From Nemertoderma westbladi (lineage: Eukaryota > Animalia > Xenacoelomorpha), in assembly GCA_032718475.1 (NCBI GenBank), contig JAUCBJ010008214.1:1-51181 (forward strand): a stretch of 51,181 bases of DNA, given 5' to 3'. The position numbers and the translations under genes are program-made. The stretch's first letter is position 1. Each line of letters begins with the position of its first letter. The notes below the pieces were generated by a model. It ran no database searches and was not told where the DNA came from. It saw only the letters and a list, made by a program, of their open reading frames with translations. Positions 1-11,716 of the stretch are shown piece after piece.

Positions 1-1080
1 CTATTCGAAATCGGCTCGAAAGAAAAGACATTAAAGAAACAAATAAACGCGGTAACTCCAACATATATTTGGAATTCTTGATAGAAGCATTGTAACAACA
101 AATAAATATCATCCGCGTTTCCCCTACCAGACGTGCGTCTTTGGTATTATTACGGTAAATGCCCTAGACCCAGCCAATAAACGGAAAGACATAAACATCC
201 ACGGAAACGTTGTGTTAAACACAGTTGTGTTCGTTATATTTACTGGAGTTTCGAGCGAAACTTGTTTGACGTATCACCTATGCTCACTCGGCTCTAACGA
301 TCCTAGAGTAAACCTACGATCAGAGTCCCGGAATACTCGGTCAAACCTCCTCATTCCTTAGTTGGACCTCAGACCTGCGATCCTGGTGGTGTCGCGGATC
401 CTCGCGGACGGTATTCACTGTTCAAGATCTAGTGCTACCCTAACAATTAATCGGTAACACTCCGACAGTGATTTCTAGCTAGCCGCCCATCTTACCTAGC
501 CGGATTATGACGCAGACACCTAATATCACTATCCAACCGTATGGTCGTCCCGTTTAACGCGATACAACCCTTCATCAAGGTGAAAGAGAGCGTTGTACGA
601 AACGAGTTAAACGCTATTCTATAAAGATCAAAAAAGAAACCTGCGTTTGTTCAGATAAACGTAAGTTATAACAGTAAGTCCAATCGATAAACGAATTGGC
701 CTTATCTCAGTTCGATTGGGAAACCTCGAATCTCAAAGAAGATATCAAGCTTAGAAAACCCTATTCTCTGCGAGAGTTTTGGACGAACGTATCCCATGAC
801 AAGCGGAGGAAAATCAGCTCGAGGAGAAGCATATCGAAATGGACGAGACACCGACCGTAAACCCAAACCTTCTAATGCAATCATATTGCACCCTTCACCC
901 AGGAGTTATGGCCCTCCTAGTAAAGTGGCTTCCCCCAAAGAGAAAATGACTCTTGCTAGCTTTAAAAAACTGCGTAAACGCCGTCCGCGCAAGAAAGACT
1001 AACTGTTTAGAGTATTTATGTATATTAGAAATTGTGATTTTGTATATTTTATAGACTTAAATCCCATTTTCTGGGAGCGG
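1..1080 (+). mobile_element. BEL/Pao LTR retrotransposon copy 1, 3' internal region: degenerate accessory ORF plus polypurine tract
   Basis: Colinear, diverged homologue of 12817-14051 with an internal deletion. Ends in ...KKLRKRRPRKKD* (stop at 1002) and GGGAGCGG immediately before the LTR start TGT. Confidence 0.8.
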
Positions 1081-2277
1081 TGTAAAAGCTTTTGTGGGAT
1101 AACTGATTCGTTTGCCTTGCTAACCAGTTCCCCCCCAGTCGCTGAATACTCTAAAAGGGGATCTATAACTCGAATAGCGCAAGCTACCGGCTTATTGGCT
1201 GATTTGCTGTACGCAGGTATCTGGGCTCTGTTTAATCGGCCAACCAGCCTAGGAAGGTTGCGTCATAGCCCTGTTTTGTATCTCCCAATAGAATTTGAGT
1301 TAGCCTTGATTTTGACCTATCACAGAGCTACTGAACTGAAATTTTCCTATCTCACTGCTCTTTCTCTGTGTTGAACGGGAGCTTCGTGGAATAAGGGTAG
1401 TTGGTATTCTCGTATAGAGAGTAGTCACGAGTTTTTCAAAGCCACGAAAGAACGGCTTTGTAGTGTTTTGTGTTTTCTGCTTTTTAGTCCAACACTAGTA
1501 GGTTTAATTATAAGGACATATATCCTTTAACGCAACGGCTTTAAACTGCTGACACACTGCTTTTAATAACTGCTGAAACTGCTAAAATTTACCTGCTCAA
1601 TCAATACTGTATACTGCTATTTGTTGTCGGTTATTCATTATATTGGTTGATGAATTATTATATTGGAATAACGAGAAATAACCCCGAAAACCCAATATTC
1701 TTGATATACCGAAGGTAAGAGAGAAAGGTTACCAATAACGATTGTGACTTATGTTAAAGTGGTTTGAAGTTAATCTAATGTTATTTGATAGACCCTACAT
1801 GAGTCAGTCTGTGTTCCTTTTATATGTGACTAAAATCAGTGAAGATTGGCAGATTAGTGTGCAGTATTGTGCAGCATTGTGTATGAGTGAGTCTGTTAAA
1901 GAAGCAATTCCTAAAGAATGCGCCATATATGTGAATTATAATTAAGCCATATCGTTGTGAGTAGTTTAAGTCATAACTCTGTTTATATAGATAAAGCGCC
2001 ACGTCCTAAAGGAACTGTTAATATTCCCGAAGGTGAATAATATTGTCAGAGATTATATAATACTGTCAGTCGAATAATACATTAGGCTTACATAGCAACA
2101 AAATTAAACCGTCGAACCCAATCTCCCGGGAATATCCAGCGGGTGAATGATCGCGCACAGATTGGTTTCGACTAGTGTAGTGAATCAAATACTTGTCATA
2201 GGCTAAAAAGCGATTTAATATCTAGAAGACATCTTAATTTGGCGGGTTAAACTGCCAAAGGTCTGAAAGCGCGAACA
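1081..2277 (+). repeat. 3' LTR of BEL/Pao copy 1 (~1.2 kb)
   Basis: Starts TGTAAAAGCTTTTG directly after the PPT and ends GCGCGAACA (TG...CA). The 3' ~700 bp align with 14580-15239. Confidence 0.8.
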
Positions 2278-3382
2278 GCCAGATAGGAATTCGTACACAG
2301 AGTGGGCATGGAAGGTCAGAGAGGAGTTGGTACACAGAGAGGGTACGGAGGCCAGATAAGAATTCGTACACAGAAATGGTATGGAAGCTCAGAGAGGAGT
2401 TGGTACACAGAGATGGTACGGAGGCCAGAGAGGAATTCGTACACAGAGAGGGTATGGAAGCTCAGAGAGGAGTTGTGGTACACAGAAATGGTACGGAGGC
2501 CAGAAAGGAATTCGTACACAGAGAGGGTATGGAAGCTCAGAGGAGTTGGTACACAGGGAGGGTATGGAAGCTCAGAGAGGAGTTGGTACACATAGAGGGT
2601 ATGGAGGCCAGAGAGGAGTTGGTACACAGAGATGGTAATGGAAGCTCAGAGAGGAGTTGGTACACAGAGATGGTACGGAGGCCAAAGAGGAGTTGGTACA
2701 CAGAGATGGTATGGAAGCTCAGAGAGGAGTTGGTACACAGAAAGGGTATGGAAGCTCAGAGAGGAGTTGGTACACAGAGAGGGTACGGAGGACAGATAGG
2801 AATTCGTACACAGAGAGGGTATGGAAGCTCAGAGAGGAGTTGTGGTACACAGAGATGGTACGGAGGCCAGAGAGGAATTCGTACACAGAGAGGGTATGGA
2901 AGCTCAGAGAGGAGTTGGTACACAGATAGGGTATGGAAGCTCAGAGAGGAGTTGGTACACAGAGATGGTATGGAGGCCAGAGAGGAATTCGTACACAGAG
3001 AGGGTATGGAAGCTCAGAGAGGAGTTATGGTACGCAGAGATGGTACGGAGGCCAGAGAGGAATTCGTACACAGAGATGGTATGGAAGCTCAGAGAGGAGT
3101 TGGTACACAGAGAGGGTATGGAAGCTCAGAGAGGAGTTGGTACACAGAGAGGGTATGGAAACTCAGAGAGGAGTTTGTACACAGAGAGGGTACGGAGGCC
3201 AGATAGGAATTCGTACACAGAGATGGTATGGAAGCTCAGAGATGATTTGGTACACAGATAGGGTATGGAAGCTCAGAGAGGAGTTGGTACACAGAGATGG
3301 TATGGAGGCCAGAGAGGAATTCGTACACAGAGAGGGTATGAAAGCTCAGAGAGGAGTTGGTACACAGGGAGGGTATGGAAGC
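2278..3382. repeat. Minisatellite of ~30 interspersed 36/37/39-bp variant units
   Basis: Units GTATGGAAGCTCAGAGAGGAGTTGGTACACAGAGA(T/G)G (37 bp) and GTACGGAGGCCAGAGAGGAATTCGTACACAGAGAGG (36 bp), with no unique spacers. Confidence 0.95.
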
Positions 3383-3467
3383 TTTTACCTTTTTTTCCGT
3401 TTCCTATTGCAACGTACTTTTTGATTACACTAAACATATGACAAATCTGCTTTGAGAACAAACTTAC

Positions 3468-3572
3468 AGTGTCTCTTTCAACTAATTTGTTGGAGTTCTC
3501 GTTGTTGTCTCCATTGCACTCCACTGCTAAATAAGCTGCCAGAGCTAAGAGTAGGAGAGTTCTCTTTGACAT
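3468..3572 (-). CDS. Probable first coding exon of a secreted protein or peptide precursor (35 aa)
   Basis: MSKRTLLLLALAAYLAVECNG-DNNENSNKLVERDT has the n/h/c layout of a signal peptide. The ATG is in ACAATG context and the exon ends at a phase-0 consensus donor GTAAGT (3467-3462). Confidence 0.6.
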
Positions 3573-4006
3573 TGTAGAGTTGTGATAAATAAATTTTTAC
3601 ACAAATGAAAATAAAAATAATGATAATGATAAGAATAATAATAATAAAAAATGACTTTAATGACACAAACATACCCATTATAACTCAAGGAGTACAGACA
3701 TACAAATATATTAAGATACTGTCTGCTGTATGCTTAGTAGAAGCAAAGTAGCTCAATGTTAATAAATGGATCAGTTTATATGAATAAATAATTGGTCTAT
3801 TTTATGAAATAAAGTAACGGACTGATAGACCAACACAAACTCTCCTGCTAAAAAGGTAACTTGCATACCAGCCGTTGCATAATCTACATTGGTTTAGGTA
3901 AACTAACAAAGAGGAAAGGATTTATATTAATAAATATTTGAAATTCCAACTTGTTGTCGTCATGTGATGTCTGCATATAGGGGTAATTAATGATTAATAT
4001 ACGGGT

Positions 4007-4877
4007 AAATCTTTTCGACCTACGCGTAGGCCTACGCGTAGCTACGCGTAGTTCTACACATTGGGTGATATGTCACTAGTTTCAGAGTTTAACATTAACT
4101 ATGCGTAGGTGCTACCCAGAACTTTGCGTATACGACGTTACTGTAGTAGGCCTACATATTACAATCGGTACAGTACTAAAATAAGACAATACTGTATGTT
4201 CAAAAGAACGCATTTAGGCCTTACAGTCCCATCAAACGCTTTCAAAAGAACTGTCTCATATACCTGTAAACTCCATGTAGTGGTATTTGCTAGTACATCC
4301 CCTATAATAATGAGTTATAATGTGAAGAGTTCAAGAAAGGTTTATAAGGAAATAGGTCGACGATTCTTATCGATTCTCTATTGCCAATTATTGCCTTCCT
4401 TCACGAGAGGGTGGATTTATTTAATGTAACCCGTTTGACAAATGGGAGGGGAAGACTCATTGTCTACCACGATTTTATGTTGCACTTGTTTTTATGGAAC
4501 AATTGAATTATAGTGTACTCAGCTTTCGTTTAATCACTTCACCAGTAGACTGGTACTGTAGCTTATTGTACTGTTTACTGTCGAATATTTTAAATATTCA
4601 ATGAAAACAAAGAGACTTGATAATATATGTGGATTTTAAGTCTACTTCTTATTCATCCCGTGTTTGTATTTGAATGAGACGAATAATAATTTATAACCGG
4701 TCCTGTATGTAGGGCGATGAGCTACCGATCCCGTTATTCCGTTTGTCTGATAATCAGATACCTGATATTATACCGATACTTGCCTAACAACTCAAGTCCT
4801 ACCGGACCTGGAATGAAAAATCTTTGTTATCAGGACTGCTACGCATATATACACGTACACGTAGGTCGAAAAGATTT
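4007..4877. mobile_element. MITE-like segment bounded by inverted repeats
   Basis: AAATCTTTTCGACCTACG (4007-4024) and its exact reverse complement (4860-4877), extending to 21/22 matches. No TSD is evident. Confidence 0.45.
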
Positions 4878-5265
4878 CTATCTTTTTCTACATCGGTCAA
4901 CAAACCGAGCAAGCCCTGCCGGAACGACTGTCAAAACTCAAGTCGACCATAAGGGCTTACAGAAGGGAAGCTGAACCGGATGTAGGCGACAACGTCGAGT
5001 ACATCCTTCTTGAACATTTCCTGTCTTGCCCAATATCGAACCTGAGAGTGACGGCCTTCCGGAGTTTCAGGGATGACTCGAGTAGGATCCATGCCGAGGC
5101 AAACTACATATATAGGTTTAAACCGCCATGGAATGCGTCTAAACCCGCAGTTTAACCTCCATGTAATAACTGAGTGTTCCCGCTCGTATTTGGTGGCGCA
5201 GCTTTTATATCAATCATATAAAGTATTTTACATGTAAAAAAAAAATAAAGTACTGTACATCGGGG

Positions 5266-6861
5266 GTGAGTAGGGGGCATTTTGTAACAGCTTCGGCTGT
5301 ACGCAAAGCGCATCTTGGGCAGGGGGTGGCTGCCTCTGATGTGACACGTAGTCGTGTCACAGAGGAGTTGGTCAGGAAGTTGTCGGAGGAGATTCGGGGA
5401 CACGCACGTCCCCGAATCGACGGGACAGAGAAGAGAGGCTACGAGTCAAGGAATGCAAGAATTCTGAAGAGGTATTCTGCCATTGCCACCTCTTTGGCTC
5501 GCAGCCCCTCTATGGAAGAGTGTCCCCTGGCCCTTCTCCCTATCAACGAGAGGACTCTCTCTAACTGGATTATCTCGAATGAGAAGCGGCTAGAGAGAGT
5601 CACATGTGAGAAGGGGCAGAACATTCCCCTTATCCGTGTGGAGACCACTCAGGTCTCGGCACAGACTCGAGACATGACTATTGCCGATCCCATCCAGGCC
5701 TGACATTTACCGACGTCCCAGACCGATCTGGACAAGCGAAACTGTGGAAGCCGAGGGCTAAGGTGGTGGCCGAGCCACAATCAGTGGGCCAGGACATTGT
5801 GGCTGTAACGCCACAATTAACTGGGCTAGCTGATGTGGCCCGACCACCCCAGCTGACTGGCCCTGCACTTAGCGATGTCCTTGGTTCGGTCTGGGACGCT
5901 GTGTTTATGGAGGACCTGGTGGTAGCTGTGCCTGTGGCTGTTGAAAGTGATCGCGCCACATTCGTGGCGACTGATTACATACAGCTGGAGGCACCGCTGC
6001 CCGCATCCGTGTCCCTGCCACCGCCACAGGTGACATGGACCACTCCTGGCAACAGAGACCTTTATGGTGAGCATTCATATCCCAGTGTCCCGAACGTCTA
6101 TCAGTTTCCTTCTTCAGTACCGATTGTTCCCTCTGGCCCTTCTACATCAACCCCAACCCAACTAGAACTTCCACATTCCGATTTATCTTCAGACCCATCT
6201 TCCCCCAGCAGTACATCCTCCGAGAATGAACCCCCTATCCATTTACATACGAAAACATAAAGAAGTACAGAAAGGCAAACCCCTAAAACCCAAATCCAAA
6301 AGAACCAGAAAGATCAAAAATTGCCCCGAATGCCACCAGAGGGTCTCTGCACCTGGTCACCGTGCCTATAGGGACTCCTTTTACTGCCCCACAACAAACA
6401 TAACGTTTGATGAGTGGGTGAGACAGGCCGATGAGGCATTGCTCCCAATGCTGGCCGATCTCACTAGCACTCGGAATGTGGGGCGTAAGAGGGGTTACGT
6501 TAGTGAGTGGAGGCACCAGAAACGGATGCAGCTGGGTAAGAACATCCAGAGAGGATGGGAGAGGGTCTGTAAGACCTGCGGCGATAGGATCAAGTGTGTG
6601 CCGGGACACACTCAGATCAAAGGGAAGTGGTTCTGCCCCAGGAATGTTGATGGGGAGACGGCTGAGCAGTGGCGCCTCCGACTGCTTGGCCCCCGCCCAC
6701 CCCCTCCACCCCTCAGTCCAGTGGTTGGCAAGCGTATTTGCAAGACCTGCCACAATTATATGCTTGCCTCCACTGGCCATAGCCAATTCAGGGGTAGATG
6801 GTTTTGCCCCAACAACAGTGAGGGTGAATCCCTGGAGGAGTGGAAGGCCTGCATACATTAA
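5266..6861 (+). pseudogene. Frameshifted C-terminal part of a putative DNA-transposon protein (DUF6729-family-like) with three CCHC zinc-binding repeats
   Basis: ORFs 5266-5703, 5763-6260 and 6226-6861 are GC-richer than their flanks. SRVTEELVRKL...ILKRYSAI...LLPINERTLSNW and three Cx2C-GH-W/F-F/Y-CP-EW motifs resemble, from memory, the C-termini of animal DUF6729 proteins. Confidence 0.55.
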
Positions 6862-7604
6862 CGTACAATAATACACATAACATACATTACACGTAGCATA
6901 CATTAACAAAATGTGCATTTTATAGGCCTATTATGTATCATTTGGTTCGTATTCATATATATTATATTACTTGGTATAGTTTATATATTTAAAGTAAATA
7001 TAGTATTGTTATTATTATTAAAGAACATGATCTACAAATATTTGATATTATTTTATAAACTTATATATAAAAGTATATGTTTCTAAAAGATAATACTACA
7101 AGCAGGGAACAACACTAAGGGAATTCTCGATCCCCATTGGTTGATTAAAATGGGCCCCATCCGCCAGGCATCCATATCAAGGCATCACAACATTAGTAAG
7201 CTGAACTAGGCCTGTACAAAAGAATACTGCAATCCGATTGGCTGTAGTATTGGAGTAGGGAGTTGTACTATGCTGGACGCGTCATAAATAATAACATGAG
7301 GGGATTCTCTGTTACTTTTCTTAATCTGTTATTCATTCGACGAGTAATTTAACACTTTTGGTATAGCGTAAAAAAGGTATGCACTAATTGAATTCTTAAA
7401 TATAACAAATATAGATAAGTTAAGAAATAAGATATCTGAGAAACGGAAGGGGGGGGGGGGGGGGGGGAAGATCTAGCCCCAGCCTTCGCGCATAGTAATT
7501 ATAATTGTTCGCTATAAGATGGCTTGCAGCTTTTGCTGCACAAAGGCCCCACCGTGTTTTTATTATTTGCAATTAATGTGATATAACAGTACAAACTAAC
7601 CTTC

Positions 7605-9596
7605 ATGTTGACGCCACCGGCCTCCTTTACTTTCCTGCAATGGGCACAGGCATGGTACTCTACTCCACCGTGTATTTTCTTAAGTCCCCATCTGTACGTA
7701 GAAGTCGTAGATGTCGGACGTAGAAGAGCGCCACACCGCCAGAAATTGCCTGATCTGCCCCCAGCTGTGAGAAGGCAATTAGCTAGTGTAGACTTAGGTG
7801 GTACAGAGCCCACAGACCAAATTACTGGAGTAGAAAGACTACCTACTATAGTAGATGAGCCTGAAATAATTAGACCTGTTCTTGAAGCCACACCCTCTGT
7901 GAGAGAGACCCCTGTACTTCCAGAACCTAACTCTAAATTCCCTTTGCACAGTACAAAACCAACTGCGCCCAGTAGGATGGTTCCTGAGACAACTCCGGTC
8001 CTAGACGACGAGCGAGACATTAAAGATTTATCGCCCATCGTCCCTCGTCTACCCGCTACTATGTTGGCGGCTCCTGCTTCGGCGGTAGAGTGGGTGGATG
8101 AGGGACGGCGGGAGATGGGTCACTTGCTCGGTCAGATGAGAGAACACCGAGCGTGTTCCTCTCAGCAGGTCCGGGAGTTGGAAGGGACTGTTCAGCAGTT
8201 GAAGGGATCAGTAAGAGAAGGTCGGTTAGAGTTGCAAGAAGTGCAGCAGAGTATCGCGTTAGAACGTAGCAAAGTATCGTTAGAACAGAGTAGCCCGTCA
8301 AGCGGTAAAGGTGGGAGAGATCGTCAAGTTCAATGGAGATGAGATGAAATGGTTACCTTTTAATGAATATTACAAAGATAACATACAGAACTCTGTGCTA
8401 TCCAACGGAGAGAAACTTAGATTCCTCATCGAGTGCTTGTAAGGACCTCCCAAGTTAATGGCGTTAAAATTTATTGGACATCCAGATGGATTAAGACAAG
8501 TTTGGGATACACTAAACACCAGGTATGGTAATAGGACAAACATAGCTAGATATTTGTATGCGAAATTAGTAGCGCCCCGGAAGTTTCTTAGCAGCGGGAT
8601 TATAGAATTTTCCGATGAGATCCAGGAGATCTGTAGACAGTTAGATTGGCTAGGTAAGTCTCATGAATATCAGAGTTCTATGGTTGTTGGAGCCGTAGCA
8701 TCTACTTTACCGAAGGGTGGAGTAGGTACGCGTTGGGATAAGAGAGTTCTCTTTATGATGGACCAGCAACAAAGAGACCCTACCATGACTGATCTCATGT
8801 CATTCTTAAATGGAGAGGTAAAATTACAGCTCCTAAAGCAGTCCCGAGAGAAGACACCAGAAAATAAAGTAAGTGAAAAACCCGTTTCTAGGAGAAAGGT
8901 AACACCAGTATGTTATACAGACGACGGCGAAAGCCAAACCTCCCAGGAGGAGAACAGCGGGAAAGACACCGAAAGATCTTACTATGTCAACAAAACATCT
9001 AAAGATGTAAGTAAATTTAAGTCTCGAACGAGTGACAGGAGAAAACAGGTAACAAAAACTCCTCCTACCCTACGTCTCCTAAGAGAATTCATGGAAGAAA
9101 GCCCGAGGAAAGAACAAGTGTGCACAACACTACCCCAGTTAAAGTAAGTAACATCAAACCCAAATGTGCATTGTGCGACGGGCCCCATCGTCTAAGTGGA
9201 TGTGATGAATTCTTAAAAAAATCCCTAAAGGATAGACGTGATGTCATGTGGGATAAGCGGTTGTGTTATAATTGTCTCAGACAAGGACACCAACGGCGAA
9301 CCTGTTACTCCGACGCGAGGTGTGCTAAGTGGGGCGCAAATCATCATATCTTGCTGCATACGGAATTCGAAAAAACCAGCAAGAGTCAGGTAAGTGAGCC
9401 CGAACTACATGTCCAATTCAGTGATGTGAACGACACTGACAAAAGCTCTGAGATGGAAGGATTTTACACGGACGAATTCTCCGATGAAAACGAATCCTGT
9501 TATATGATAAACACCGTGGTCTATCGAGCGCTTACGTATGAAACTGACACTGATAATGAAGCTCAACCAACCATTCCAGACCGACAACCATCTTGA
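7605..9596 (+). pseudogene. gag: BEL/Pao gag, broken by stops and frameshifts
   Basis: Coiled coil, then a DUF1759-type motif KFNGDEMKWLPF...EKLRFLIECL*G (~8325-8445), then the BEL/Pao triple zinc knuckle CALCDGPHRLSGC / CYNCLRQGHQRRTC / CAKWGANHHILLH. Confidence 0.9.
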
Positions 9597-9599
9597 AAA

Positions 9600-10800
9600 A
9601 TGCCAACTTCCAATGTCGGAATTCGTGAATTCCCAGTAGTCCAACTGAGAGTTCACGGGAAAGGTAAGAGTTTTATAGTAAACGCCCTCCTGGACTCTGG
9701 CAGCACAGGAACGTTCATAGACAAAGAACTAGCCGAAAACATTTTTGCTGGACAACCCAAGTTCCGAACTAAGTTGAACCTTTCAGGAATTATGCAGGTT
9801 TGGAAATCTACCGTAGCTACAGACTACTATGTAGGAGCGTTGCCCACTCCCCAGGACGAAATAGGAGAACACAGCATAAGGTCAGTGAAAGTGGTGGCGA
9901 TAAAGAACTTTGCTACCAGCCAAGTAGAACCTTACAACTGGGATGAAGACAATTTTACCCAGCAACATAATATCCCTAGATTCAACACTGACTACCCAGG
10001 GGTGCAAATATTGATCGGCCAAAATGCGCATGAGGCGCTTGAGACATTAGAAAAACGGCCTGCTCGACCGCAACCCTTGCAAACATATGCGGGAAGAACA
10101 AGAGTACGTTGGTACTTCACTGGGCCTTCCCGTAGAACACTCATGGAAAGATTACCTACCGATCACATATCTCAGGTGAGTGAATGGGAAGAAGAAATCA
10201 GTGAGGGAGAGACCATACCTGAGGGAATACCATACTCCTCAGGTAATGACGATATTAACTCTAATGTAGATCAATGGAGACATTGCCCTGGGACGATTAA
10301 TCCAGCCAACATCGCTTCCAGAGGAGCCACTCCTCAAGAACTGATAGATACTCCAGACTGGTTAGGTGGACCCGATTTCCTAAGTAAAGAGGAGGATGAA
10401 TGGCCTCCTCATCTCACCACGGCTGAGATTAGACAAGCCAAGGGAGCGGAGAAAGTCAAACCTAAAACCCAGACGAGTAAATCAAAGTTACTCAAACCAG
10501 TGATAGATCTATCTGTACTACACATTTCCGGAGACGACGCTGTGGATCTAAACTCCCCCGCCACAAATAAATCTGTCGTGGAAATTAGAGAAAGAGACTG
10601 GAAATCTGGAACACCAGACGTCTCGCAGGGACTCTCACCTCTCCTGCTGAGAGCGATACATCACTATAGCTCCGGGAATCGGCTTTGTAAGGCCGTCGTG
10701 TATTTGAAGCGATGTTTCTATCGTCACTATTCCAGGACGAAAAGGAAACCTGGAATTGTATTCGAAACACAACAACTCAATCGCCCAGTTGGTTGTTTAT
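9600..10800 (+). pseudogene. pol: BEL/Pao pol remnant: aspartic protease fused in frame to the end of RNase H, with RT and integrase missing
   Basis: ALLDSGSTGTFI protease site and ILIG motif, followed directly by QWRHCPGTINPANIASRG...WLGGPDFL, the Pao RNase H C-terminal signature. No RT YVDD motif or integrase DDE motifs. Confidence 0.85.
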
Positions 10801-11378
10801 GTTTACTGGAAAGAGACCGAGAACTGTCCGGAAACTATGGAAGGCAAGATACTATATTATTTTATATTTTTATTATTTTTATATTTATGTATGTATTATT
10901 ACGTAAGTTTATTATTATAATCGTTTTCTTTGATTTTATTTAGTAGAATGTTATTTTAGCGATTATTTAGTAGACTAGTGCAATATATATTCGCATTTAT
11001 TACTTAATTACTTATATTATATATTAGTGCAACAGCGAGAAATAATTCATTTTTTCTTTCCTTACTGTCCGTATCATATTATAAATACGTGACTACAGTA
11101 AGATGAAATGTCCGTACTTATTAAAGTACAATAAAGCTCCTACTATATTCAAGTATTATTGGTAAGTAGAGTATTAGGAATGCAAAGTTCAGATCCTCGT
11201 GTCTCGGTTAAACCAAGCTCTGGGTAAACCTTGGAAACGACTTGCCTCTTCTCACTGACATTGCTTCTTGCGATATTGCTCTCATACCGTATATTAAATA
11301 ATACATATAGTAGCGTGATGTCCCTTTAACAGTAGCATAAAACGCAAAATAAATCTGTTAAACCTTTTGACCATCTGT

Positions 11379-11716
11379 AATTCTAGTCGATTAAGATATC
11401 GCGGCACCCACCGATATACTTGAAAGACAAAATTCTAGAATCAGTGGTCAACGTCCCCAGACAAGTTCTGGAATAAATCGGTGCCCATCTTAAATATTAA
11501 TTATTTAATATTTATAAAAATCTGTCAAAACAAATATAATAGAGTGAATACTTACAAATTAACTCTAGACAATCTATAAATCCAAATCTGTGAAAATTCA
11601 GATCCTTTAAAATTCTAGTCGATTAAGATATCGTAGCACTTACCGATACTCTTAAAGGACAAATTTCCTAGAATTAAGGATCCTAGTCCCCAGACATGCT
11701 CTGGAATAAAATCGTG
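11379..11716 (+). repeat. Two ~105-bp direct repeats (period ~232 bp), each able to form two hairpins
   Basis: AATTCTAGTCGATTAAGATATCG... starts at 11379 and 11611. Stems are conserved while loops differ. Confidence 0.75.

Noticed and set aside
2278-3382. CRISPR array, or repetitive protein ORFs in all frames
   Set aside because: Units are contiguous with no unique spacers and no cas genes, in a eukaryotic context. The 37-bp units shift frame, so the ORFs are by-products of the repeat.
6283-6918. 211-aa antisense ORF, and similar shadow ORFs such as 7499-8038, 20098-20703, 23760-24101 and 26950-27168
   Set aside because: They lie opposite better-supported coding frames and have no motifs.
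7446-7467. Poly-G/C tracts (also ~19328, 21727, 32900, 43375, 45163, 47310) as G-quadruplex or telomeric signals
   Set aside because: They are simple homopolymers, often inside TEs and error-prone in length, with no telomeric repeat unit.
10800-10943. Transmembrane (env-like) tail on the pol ORF
   Set aside because: The hydrophobic Ile/Phe run comes from read-through into T/A-rich non-coding sequence.
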